Shown: positions 1-7,539 of the stretch, piece after piece
How positions within the stretch are numbered: position 1 is the stretch's first letter
How the letters are laid out: every line of letters begins with the position of its first letter
NCBI GenBank assembly: GCA_017984135.1
Contig: JAGNZZ010000006.1
Location: 18,436 to 82,435 of the forward strand
DNA length: 64,000 nt
Source of the DNA: Chitinophagales bacterium
Lineage (GTDB): Bacteria; Bacteroidota; Bacteroidia; Chitinophagales; JADIYW01
Reading direction: 5' to 3'
Made by a program: the position numbers and the translations under genes
Notes under the pieces: model-generated
Told to the model about the DNA's origin: nothing
What the model saw: the letters and a program-made list of their open reading frames with translations, nothing else
Databases searched by the model: none

Positions 1-759
1 TTTGGTATCGTAATCCACGCCAACCATATCCACTCTAGAGCGCATAATTTGGGAGACAGAAATATTGCCAAATTTTACAATTCCTTTGAGGATTTTAGTA
101 TCATTGCGTTCTAAGTCGCTATTTTCTTGTGCATTTGTAATGTCTATCGCATCGTCAATATCCTGAGCAGTTACACTATTTTTTACGCCTTCCAATCTTT
201 TTTCAAAAAAGTTGGACGTTGCGATGAGTCCTTTGACAAAAGGTGAAAAAATAACATCGAAAAAATGTAAGGTATTAATAGTGTTTCTGGCTACTTTATA
301 ATATTTCTGAGTAGCGTATAATTTTGGAATTACCTCTGCAAAAAGAACAATAATAAATGTTTCAAATGAGATTTTAATCACAAAAAGTAAGGTACTGTGT
401 TGTTCAGTATATTCATGTTTTAGAACCAATTCTAATATGTTTTCAAAAACCAAAACTATGGCCAATGTAAACAAGGTCGTTGTAAGCACAAATGTGGCTA
501 AAAATCTACGTGGTTTTTTAATAAAATCAAGAATGAGTTTATCCGTTTTGTCGTAACTTTTTTCTAAATCTTGAATTTCATGATGTTTAAACAAGAAGAT
601 TGCCACTTCTACTGCACACATCATAGCAGTAAAAATCAATAAAATTAATATAACGATGAGTTGAAACGCAATTGCACTTGAAAATGGATTAAATATTTCA
701 TTCCAAGTAATTGATGGTAATAAATTTAGCAGGCAAAGTATGGGTATTCCGTCGTCCAA
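1..759 (-). CDS. gldE: GldE-like / CorC-HlyC family membrane protein (DUF21 TM region plus start of CBS pair). N-terminal 253 codons only; the 3' end lies beyond the window edge.
   Basis: Open minus-strand frame from TTG at 759 to position 1. It is absent from the ORF track because there is no stop in the window. My translation is LDDGIPILCLLNLL..AVEVAIFLF..AEVIPKLYA..ILKGIVKFGNISVSQIMRSRVDMVGVDYDTK, typical of DUF21+CBS proteins. It lies directly downstream of ssb. Confidence 0.7.
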   Translation of the reverse strand, partial: MDDGIPILCLLNLLPSITWNEIFNPFSSAIAFQLIVILILLIFTAMMCAVEVAIFLFKHHEIQDLEKSYDKTDKLILDFIKKPRRFLATFVLTTTLFTLAIVLVFENILELVLKHEYTEQHSTLLFVIKISFETFIIVLFAEVIPKLYATQKYYKVARNTINTLHFFDVIFSPFVKGLIATSNFFEKRLEGVKNSVTAQDIDDAIDITNAQENSDLERNDTKILKGIVKFGNISVSQIMRSRVDMVGVDYDTK

Positions 760-766
760 TGTGGTA

Positions 767-774
767 CAAATTTA
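767..774 (-). promoter_or_regulatory. Exact Bacteroidota -7 box TAAATTTG, 7 nt upstream of the gldE-like TTG start
   Basis: The reverse complement of caaattta matches TAnnTTTG. The 15-nt string ACAAATTTAGTGCTT is shared with the tatA upstream region at about 27203-27217. Confidence 0.45.
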
Positions 775-784
775 GTGCTTTATT

Positions 785-1228
785 TTAGAATGGCAAAACA
801 CCACCATCATCCAAGCTGCTATCTGTGAGCGTATCGGTAGGTTTGTGTTCTGTATCATTCTTATTTTCATGGTTGCTTGTTTGAGCAGTTCCACTTTGTT
901 CTCTTTTATCTAATAATTGGAAATTCTCCACTACAATTTCTGTTGTATATCGTTTATGGTTTTCTTTATCTTCCCAAGAACGTGTTCTGAGTTTTCCTTC
1001 CACAAATATAGTATTTCCTTTTTTTAAAATGCGCTCTGCACGTTCTGCCACACCACGCCACATTACAATATTATGCCATTCCGTTTGTTCAGTATAAGAA
1101 CCATCTTGATTTTTGTAGGATTCATTCGTGGCTAATGGAAAATTACAAACCGTAGTCGTTTCGTTTATTTTACGCACTTCTGGATCTTTCCCTAGTCTTC
1201 CTATTAAGATAACTTTATTTACACTCAT
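785..1228 (-). CDS. ssb: Single-stranded DNA-binding protein
   Basis: OB-fold N-terminus MSVNKVILIGRLGKDPEVR..TEWHNIV and an acidic C-terminal tip DDGGVLPF. Confidence 0.95.
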   Translation of the reverse strand: MSVNKVILIGRLGKDPEVRKINETTTVCNFPLATNESYKNQDGSYTEQTEWHNIVMWRGVAERAERILKKGNTIFVEGKLRTRSWEDKENHKRYTTEIVVENFQLLDKREQSGTAQTSNHENKNDTEHKPTDTLTDSSLDDGGVLPF

Positions 1229-1280
1229 ATCGCTTGGTTTTAGATAGTTTTATTGATGAATGCTACGCATTTTTCTATAT

Positions 1281-2342
1281 CTAAGATAAATAATTTAATC
1301 TATCTTCCAAATAACTACGTATTATTTTTGGAAATGCGTAACGTTTTAGCTCGTTTATGTTAATTTTTAAATAGGATTTATTTAATGAGGCTATTGAATT
1401 TAATCTAATTTCATAGAACGTAGCATGTATCTTTTGATGTGAAAGTGTTTGTTGATACGTCTTTGCGTATGTATGGCTATTCGATTTTTGTAAGTTAAAC
1501 TGATGTGTTAAAAAACTAGAATTTATCCTAAAATAGTCTATTTCAAAAGTGGCACTTTCTTCCATTGGAAATTCATACAAACCTTTCCAAATATCTTTTT
1601 TTGTGCGCTGATGAATGTAAATATATTGCTTAGAATAGATCACATAATAATTAAAGAATCGATTTTTTTTCAGCAATTTATTTCGTTTGATAGGCAACAG
1701 CTGTATGGTATTTTCTTGTAATGCCTTACAATTCGACGAAAATGGACATACGGAACAATTTGGACGTTGAGGTTTACAAATCAAGGCACCAAAATCCATG
1801 ATTGCTTGGTTGTGTTTGCCTGCATTTTTCCCATCTAAAAATTGATGCGCTAATTCATCAAAAATGTTTTTGCCAATGCTGGTATCTATCGGCGTATGAA
1901 TTCCATGCAACCTAGAAAGAAATCGAAAAACATTACCATCGACTACAGCATGTGGCAAATTAAACGCAAAAGAAGCGATGGCTGCTGCTGTATATTTTCC
2001 TACACCTTTTAACTTTAAAATGGCAGCATATTCATTAGGAAAAATTCCATTATATTCCTGTACAATTTGTTGTGCGGCATGGTGTAAATTTCGAGCGCGA
2101 GAATAATAGCCCAAACCTTCCCAACGCTTTAATACATCATCTAAAGAGGCATTGGCTAAATGTTGAATGGTAGGAAAAGCGAGAACAAACGCTTCATAAT
2201 ATGGAATACCTTGTTCCACACGAGTTTGTTGTAAAATAATTTCTGAAAGCCAAATTTTATAAGCATCATTGGATTGCTTCCAAGGCAACTTGCGCTGAAT
2301 AGGTTTGTGCCATTCCAATAAAATTTTGGAAAAAGAGTTCAT
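1281..2342 (-). CDS. mutY: A/G-specific adenine DNA glycosylase
   Basis: HhH-GPD region (LKGVGKYTAAAIASFAF), 4Fe-4S Cys cluster CKPQRPNCSVCPFSSNC and a C-terminal NUDIX-like domain. Confidence 0.92.
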   Translation of the reverse strand: MNSFSKILLEWHKPIQRKLPWKQSNDAYKIWLSEIILQQTRVEQGIPYYEAFVLAFPTIQHLANASLDDVLKRWEGLGYYSRARNLHHAAQQIVQEYNGIFPNEYAAILKLKGVGKYTAAAIASFAFNLPHAVVDGNVFRFLSRLHGIHTPIDTSIGKNIFDELAHQFLDGKNAGKHNQAIMDFGALICKPQRPNCSVCPFSSNCKALQENTIQLLPIKRNKLLKKNRFFNYYVIYSKQYIYIHQRTKKDIWKGLYEFPMEESATFEIDYFRINSSFLTHQFNLQKSNSHTYAKTYQQTLSHQKIHATFYEIRLNSIASLNKSYLKININELKRYAFPKIIRSYLEDRLNYLS

Positions 2343-2473
2343 TTGAATGCAAAATACATATTTTCAATTTTACCTTTATTGCATAGGTATATTAAAAAAA
2401 CTCTAATTTCGTGTATATTAGTAAGTTAGTTAAGAATAATTTCGCATTTTTGCACTTCATTTAACCACTTATC

Positions 2474-2782
2474 ATGAGAAAAGCAGATATCATCACCACT
2501 ATTTCAGAGAAAACAGGTGTACCGAAAGTTGATGTATTAGTCGCAATGGAAGCCTTTTTTAAAGAAGTAAAAGATACATTGGCTGAAGGAGAAAATTTAT
2601 ACGTACGTGGTTTTGGCAGTTTTATTGTTAAAACGCGCAAAGCTAAAATAGGTAGGAATATTAAAAAAAATATTGCTATTGAAATTCCAGAGCATCAAAT
2701 TCCAGCATTTAAACCTTCTAAAGTCTTTATAGAACAAATAAAAGATTCAAGTGCGAAAAGATTAAAAGAAAAAGAAGGATAA
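2474..2782 (+). CDS. HU/IHF-family DNA-binding protein
   Basis: ISEKTGVPKVDV..FGSF.VK.R.A..GRN..K...I.IP....P.FKPSK pattern typical of HU-beta-like proteins. Confidence 0.88.
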   Translation: MRKADIITTISEKTGVPKVDVLVAMEAFFKEVKDTLAEGENLYVRGFGSFIVKTRKAKIGRNIKKNIAIEIPEHQIPAFKPSKVFIEQIKDSSAKRLKEKEG

Positions 2783-2791
2783 TTTTATATA

Positions 2792-3622
2792 GTGCAAAAA
2801 GGACAAATCGCAGTTGGCATTGGTGCAATTATTTTAGTATTAGCACTTTATTTTGGAGGTAAAACAGTGGTAAAAAAAGACAAACCTACTGAAACACATG
2901 CCCATCAAGGTATCACATTTGAAGAATACGAACGCCAGCAAATTTCCAAACTTAATGAAAATGAGAAAACACAATTGGATGCACTTTCTAAATCAATCCA
3001 ATCGATTTCAGCTTCAGATACAGCAAGCTTAAAGCAAAATTTTACTCAAATGGCTGCTTTTTGGAACAGTGTACAAAATCCGGCATTAGCCGCTTACTAT
3101 ACATATAAGCATTTAAGCATAGACAATTCGGCATTGGCACACACACAGGCCGGCGATGAACTGGTTTTGGCATATAAAAGCACGGAAGATTCCGTTATTT
3201 TAAATAATTTGATTACCTTTGCACTCCAATCTTATGAAGCAGCATATAAAAAAGATAGCAGTAACATAGATTTGAAACTAAAATTGGCAGATGCATATGT
3301 GAATGGTTCACAAGAACCGATGAAGGGAATTGGAATACTGAAAGAATTAGAAAGCCAACATCCTGACAACATAAAAGTTTTATTATCCTTGGGTAGAATG
3401 TCTATTCAATCTGGACAATACGACAAAGCAAAAGAACGCCTAAACAAAATTTTGAAGTTAACGCCACAAAATCAAGAAGCAATCTATTTTTTGGCAATAA
3501 CAGAAGCTGAGCTTGGACATACCGATGAAGCCATTCGCTTATTTGAAATGTGCAAATTATTAGTAAACAACAATGATTTTAGCAAAGAAATTGACGAAAT
3601 CATTAATAATTTAAAAAAATAA
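2792..3622 (+). CDS. Membrane-anchored TPR-repeat protein
   Basis: GTG start, one N-terminal TM helix, and TPR-like repeats in the C-terminal half (SLGRMSIQSGQYDKAKERLNKILKLTPQNQEAIYFLA). Confidence 0.7.
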   Translation: MQKGQIAVGIGAIILVLALYFGGKTVVKKDKPTETHAHQGITFEEYERQQISKLNENEKTQLDALSKSIQSISASDTASLKQNFTQMAAFWNSVQNPALAAYYTYKHLSIDNSALAHTQAGDELVLAYKSTEDSVILNNLITFALQSYEAAYKKDSSNIDLKLKLADAYVNGSQEPMKGIGILKELESQHPDNIKVLLSLGRMSIQSGQYDKAKERLNKILKLTPQNQEAIYFLAITEAELGHTDEAIRLFEMCKLLVNNNDFSKEIDEIINNLKK

Positions 3623-3634
3623 AAAGATATAATT

Positions 3635-3724
3635 ATGCCTTGCGGAAAAAAAAGAAAGCGTCATAAAATTGCGACGCACAAACGTAAAAAAAGACTAAGA
3701 AAAAATCGTCATAAAAAGAAATAG
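3635..3724 (+). CDS. 29-aa highly basic peptide MPCGKKRKRHKIATHKRKKRLRKNRHKKK; possible bS22 / mS38 (AURKAIP1-COX24)-like small ribosomal protein
   Basis: ATG..TAG ORF read directly from the sequence and too short for the ORF track. It sits 12 nt after the TPR gene stop, upstream of rng. Its composition and K/R/H spacing resemble small ribosomal proteins. Confidence 0.6.
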   Translation: MPCGKKRKRHKIATHKRKKRLRKNRHKKK

Positions 3725-3800
3725 CAAATAGACATTGGTTACTAATCATTAGAAAATTTATTTAATAATTAATGACCGATGACACATAAACTCATCAACC

Positions 3801-5339
3801 ATGATTAAAGAATTAGTTATACATGCTAATTCCAAAGGTGTTGAAATTGCTCTTCTTGAAAACAAAAAACTAGTCGAATATCATCTTGATTCGTACGATA
3901 AAGAAGGTTTTGCTGCCGGCGACATCTACTTAGGTAGAGTTAAAAAACTAAATCCCGGATTAAATGCTGCCTTTGTTGATATCGGACATGATAAAGATGC
4001 ATTTATACATTATTCCGATTTAAGTCCGTATATACGTTCTGTGCGCAAATTCAGTTCGGATGCATTTAGGGGCGAGCAATCACACTTATTGGATAACTTC
4101 GAAACTGAGCCAAATATCCCAAAAGATGGCCAGATGCTTGACGTATTTGAAAAAGGCGATATCCTTATTTTTCAAATTTCTAAAGAAGCTATATCAACAA
4201 AAGGGCCACGCTTAACCTGTGAAATTTCTATTCCTGGAAGATATGTGGTTTTGGTTCCTTTTACAGACTCCATCGGTATTTCAAAAAAAATAGCACAACC
4301 GGAAGAACGCGAACGTTTGCTAAAATTAATGAAAAGCATTAAACCTAAAAATTTTGGGTTTGTGGTTCGTACTAATGCGGCAGGTGTTGGCAATGAAGAA
4401 TTAGAATTTGATATTCAAAATCTATTAGGAAAATGGAAACTGATGACGCAGAATGCAAAATATCAAAATCCACCTAAATTATTGCTGAAGGAAATGAATA
4501 AAACCTTTTCCATTGTGCGTGATTTGATGAATGAAAGTTTTTCAAAAGTAATAACGGATGATGCTATTTTATATGGCGATTTAAAAGCATACATCAAAGA
4601 ATATGCACCGGAACATGCTTCTGTTTTATCCAAACACGATGATGCGACTCCATTATTTGAAAAATATGATGTGAGCCGACAAGTAAAATCAGCTTTTGGA
4701 AAAACTGTTACCTTAAAAAGTGGTGCTTATTTAATTATTGAACATACAGAAGCTCTACATGTCATTGATGTAAACAGCGGACCAAAAGTTAAAAAAGGTA
4801 TAGAACAAGATACACATGCATTTGAAATCAACGTAGAAGCCGCGCAAGAGATTGCCCGACAGCTCCGACTTAGAAATATTGGTGGTATTATTGTCATCGA
4901 TTTTATAGACATGAAATCGGGTGAATACAAGCACAAACTATACGAAGCAATGCTAGAAGCAATGCGTAGCGATAAATCCAAACATGTAATCTTACCAGTT
5001 AGTAAATTTGGATTAATGGAAATTACACGTCAACGCATGAAAGAGCAAATCAGCATTGACACACGCGAGCCACTTTTAAATGGAACTAAATACAAAATTG
5101 ATCAACCTCTTCAAATTGTAGATAATATTCAAAATGATTTGATGCATTTGAAATCGCATGAGCAAAAAAATTTCTTGTTGTATGTGCATCCATTTGTGTA
5201 TGCATTTTTGAAAAAAGATACGTTTTCTTTTAGAATGCGTTGGTATTCAAAAATTGGAAAAATAGTACGCCTGGTGCAAGATTCTTCTATGCATTTAGGA
5301 GAATATAAACTAATGACTAAAGAAGGAACACTAATTTAG
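3801..5339 (+). CDS. rng: Ribonuclease E/G family endoribonuclease
   Basis: N-terminal S1 domain (GDIYLGRVKKLNPGLNAAFVDIG) and catalytic core (IEHTEALHVIDVNSG, GGIIVIDFIDM). Confidence 0.92.
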   Translation: MIKELVIHANSKGVEIALLENKKLVEYHLDSYDKEGFAAGDIYLGRVKKLNPGLNAAFVDIGHDKDAFIHYSDLSPYIRSVRKFSSDAFRGEQSHLLDNFETEPNIPKDGQMLDVFEKGDILIFQISKEAISTKGPRLTCEISIPGRYVVLVPFTDSIGISKKIAQPEERERLLKLMKSIKPKNFGFVVRTNAAGVGNEELEFDIQNLLGKWKLMTQNAKYQNPPKLLLKEMNKTFSIVRDLMNESFSKVITDDAILYGDLKAYIKEYAPEHASVLSKHDDATPLFEKYDVSRQVKSAFGKTVTLKSGAYLIIEHTEALHVIDVNSGPKVKKGIEQDTHAFEINVEAAQEIARQLRLRNIGGIIVIDFIDMKSGEYKHKLYEAMLEAMRSDKSKHVILPVSKFGLMEITRQRMKEQISIDTREPLLNGTKYKIDQPLQIVDNIQNDLMHLKSHEQKNFLLYVHPFVYAFLKKDTFSFRMRWYSKIGKIVRLVQDSSMHLGEYKLMTKEGTLI

Positions 5340-5366
5340 ATTCACTTAATTTCATTTTTTACAAAT

Positions 5367-5392
5367 AAAAGTGTTCACAACGAACACTTTTT
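5367..5392 (+). terminator. Rho-independent terminator after rng
   Basis: AAAAGTGTTC-acaac-GAACACTTTTT hairpin followed by a T run. Confidence 0.75.
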
Positions 5393-5424
5393 GTTACTGA
5401 ACGTGATTGTCCTAATATGTTTTA

Positions 5425-5466
5425 TTGGTTGTAACACCTGAAAACATGGAAGATTTTTTATTATAG
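5425..5466 (+). pseudogene. Relic 3' end of a second AAA_14/DUF4143-type ATPase gene (LVVTPENMEDFLL*)
   Basis: In-frame match to the last 13 codons of the intact gene (LVVTPGNMEDLLI*), with synonymous and conservative changes. No upstream coding sequence remains. Confidence 0.75.
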
Positions 5467-5472
5467 CAAAAC

Positions 5473-5495
5473 GGTGTTCGCAAGAACACCTTTTT
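5473..5495. terminator. Duplicated hairpin GGTGTTC-gcaa-GAACACC plus T run (copy of the 6784-6811 terminator)
   Basis: Perfect 7-bp stem and a T5 run, inside the left direct repeat. Confidence 0.6.
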
Positions 5496-5529
5496 GTAAA
5501 CTAATTTTTTTGCAAACTGTAAACTGAAA

Positions 5530-5562
5530 TTATATCGTCATAATTTCTTCTTTTTCGCAACC
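5530..5562 (-). pseudogene. Relic 3' end of frr (..AKKEEIMTI*)
   Basis: The reverse complement reads GCGAAAAAGAAGAAATTATGACGATATAA, against QKEEEIMTI* in the true frr tail at 6845-6878. Confidence 0.7.
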
Positions 5563-5580
5563 TTTTTTCGGCTTCTCATC

Positions 5581-5665
5581 TAAAATCCAAAATAATTATG
5601 TTTTTTTAGGATTAAAATCCAAAATAATTATGTATTTTTAGGATTAAAATCTAAAATAATGATAG
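5581..5665. repeat. Tandem 32-bp repeat, 2.6 copies (TAAAATCCAAAATAATTATGTwTTTTTAGGAT). The third copy runs into the ATPase start codon.
   Basis: Copies at 5581-5612 and 5613-5644 differ at 1 position. The partial copy 5645-5665 contains the ATG at 5659. Confidence 0.9.
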
Positions 5666-6783
5666 TTCGTACTCAATTAAGATATGCACAAGACCGATTG
5701 TTTAAAGGCAAAGCATTGCTTGTTTTTGGTCCGAGACAAGCAGGAAAGTCTACTTTTGTTGCACAACTATTAGCTCAAAATAAAAAGAAAAAAGTATTGC
5801 AATTAAATGGTGATGATGATGATACCAGAGAATTGCTTACCAAACCCAATAGCACTAAACTAAAAAATATCATTGGCAACAATGAAATACTTTTTATTGA
5901 TGAAGCACAACGTATTCAGGATATTGGCATCGTTATAAAAATAATAATTGACCAACTAAAAACAGTACAAGTAATTGCTACCGGTTCATCTGCTTTTGAA
6001 TTGGCAAATAAAACCAACGAACCATTAACTGGCAGAAAATATGAAATGCATTTATTTCCATTTTCATTTAGCGAGTTGGTGAATGAATTTGGTTTTATAG
6101 AAGAAAAGCGACAATTAGAAAAACGATTAATTTATGGCACATATCCTGAAATAGTAGTGAATGCCCATGATGCAGAAGAACACTTAAAATTACTGGCAAA
6201 TAGTTATTTGTATAAAGATTTATTTCGATTAGAACAAGTTAGTAAACCTGCCTTGTTAGAAAAAATTGTAAAAGCATTGGCTTTGCAAATTGGTAGTGAA
6301 GTAAATTACAACGAGCTTAGTCAATTAGTACAGGCAGATAACAAAACTATAGAAAAATATATCGATTTATTAGAAAAAGCATTTGTTGTATTTAGGTTGC
6401 CTGCATTAAATAAAAACGTTAGGAATGAAATTAAAAAAGGTAAGAAAATTTATTTTTATGATAATGGAATTATTAATGCAGTAAGCGGAAATTTTTCACC
6501 AATACACAAACGAACAGATGTAGGTCAATTATGGGAAAACTATGTAATTAGCGAACGCAGGAAATATTTATTTCAACATCAACTTACTTATGAATCTTAT
6601 TTCTGGCGCACCACACAACAACAGGAAATTGATTATATAGAATTGCAAAAGAATAATTATTTAGCCGTTGAAATAAAATGGAATCCGAAAACTAAAGTAA
6701 AGTTTTCTACTACTTTTTTAGATGCCTATAAACATAAAGAATTGGTGGTAACACCTGGAAACATGGAAGATTTACTGATATAG
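5659..6783 (+). CDS. AAA+ ATPase (AAA_14-like) with a C-terminal DUF4143 / PD-(D/E)xK-like module
   Basis: Walker A GPRQAGKST, Walker B ILFIDEAQ, and C-terminal QEIDYIEL..LAVEIKW (D..E.K nuclease-like motif). Confidence 0.8.
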   Translation: MIVRTQLRYAQDRLFKGKALLVFGPRQAGKSTFVAQLLAQNKKKKVLQLNGDDDDTRELLTKPNSTKLKNIIGNNEILFIDEAQRIQDIGIVIKIIIDQLKTVQVIATGSSAFELANKTNEPLTGRKYEMHLFPFSFSELVNEFGFIEEKRQLEKRLIYGTYPEIVVNAHDAEEHLKLLANSYLYKDLFRLEQVSKPALLEKIVKALALQIGSEVNYNELSQLVQADNKTIEKYIDLLEKAFVVFRLPALNKNVRNEIKKGKKIYFYDNGIINAVSGNFSPIHKRTDVGQLWENYVISERRKYLFQHQLTYESYFWRTTQQQEIDYIELQKNNYLAVEIKWNPKTKVKFSTTFLDAYKHKELVVTPGNMEDLLI

Positions 6784-6878
6784 AAAAAGGTGTTCGCAAG
6801 AACACCTTTTTGTAAACTAATTTTTTGCAAACTGTAAACTGAAATTAAATCGTCATAATTTCTTCTTCTTTTTGCACC
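6741..6878. repeat. Right copy of the ~139-bp direct repeat (ATPase 3' end, terminator, frr 3' end)
   Basis: See 5424-5562. Confidence 0.9.
6784..6811. terminator. Bidirectional terminator between the convergent ATPase gene and frr
   Basis: AAAAAGGTGTTC-gcaa-GAACACCTTTTT, with A and T runs on either side. Confidence 0.8.
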
Positions 6879-7408
6879 AGCATTTTATCTACTTTTCCAT
6901 TATATTCATTTGTCAATTGTTGAATTGCTTCTTCAGAATCTTTACCAATATCTTCACTCAAGCCTTCTTTCACTAAATCTTTCACCATTTCGTTGCCATC
7001 TTTGCGTGCGTTGCGAATTACAATTTTCGTTTGTTCGCCATAATTTTTAGATTGTTTCACTAAATCACGACGACGTTCTTCCGTAGTTGGCGGCACGGAA
7101 AGTCGGATATTTTCACCATCGTTTTGTGGTGTAATTCCAATATTGCTTTGAAAAATAGCGCGCTCAATATCACCAATTATTTTTCGTTCAAAAGGTGCAA
7201 CCAACAAAGTTCTTGCATCTAATAATTTTACACTTGCAACCTGGTTAATTGGTGTTGGTGTGCCATAATATTCTACCGTAATTCCTTGCAGCATATCTGG
7301 ACTGGCTTTGCCGGCACGTACTTTTCGCAATTCATCTTCTAAATGTTTCAATGCTTTAAACATCGCATCTTTGGTTTCATCCAGTATCATTTGTACTTCT
7401 TCGCTCAT
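6845..7408 (-). CDS. frr: Ribosome recycling factor
   Basis: MSEEVQMILDETKDAMFKALKHLEDELRKVRAGKASPDML.. The ORF-track start at 7432 is a TTG inside the -7 box, so the ATG at 7408 is preferred. Confidence 0.93.
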   Translation of the reverse strand: MSEEVQMILDETKDAMFKALKHLEDELRKVRAGKASPDMLQGITVEYYGTPTPINQVASVKLLDARTLLVAPFERKIIGDIERAIFQSNIGITPQNDGENIRLSVPPTTEERRRDLVKQSKNYGEQTKIVIRNARKDGNEMVKDLVKEGLSEDIGKDSEEAIQQLTNEYNGKVDKMLVQKEEEIMTI

Positions 7409-7429
7409 CTTAACTTGATTTATCGTAGG

Positions 7430-7437
7430 CAAATATA
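7430..7437 (-). promoter_or_regulatory. -7 box TATATTTG for frr
   Basis: Exact TAnnTTTG, 21 nt upstream of the ATG at 7408. Confidence 0.55.
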
Positions 7438-7484
7438 AAAGAAATAGTTGGCAGTTGACAAGTGTGTAGTTGGCAATTTTGCAA

Positions 7485-7516
7485 TAAAAAAAAGAGATTT
7501 GAAAGTCTCAAATCTC
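7485..7516 (-). terminator. Rho-independent terminator after pyrH
   Basis: GAGATTTGA-gactt-TCAAATCTC on the minus strand, followed by T8. Confidence 0.75.
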
Positions 7517-7539
7517 ACTTCTTAAATCTATATTCAATT

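Larger units (their letters stand above)
5424..5562. repeat. Left copy of a ~139-bp direct repeat (right copy at 6741-6878)
   Basis: By-eye alignment gives about 8 substitutions and 5 small indels. It contains a relic ATPase tail, a terminator hairpin and a relic frr tail. Confidence 0.9.

Noticed and set aside
4172-4981. Track ORFs 4172-4393 and 4727-4981 on the minus strand inside rng
   Set aside because: They are antisense to a well-supported gene, have low-complexity or odd composition and no recognisable motifs. They are typical shadow ORFs.
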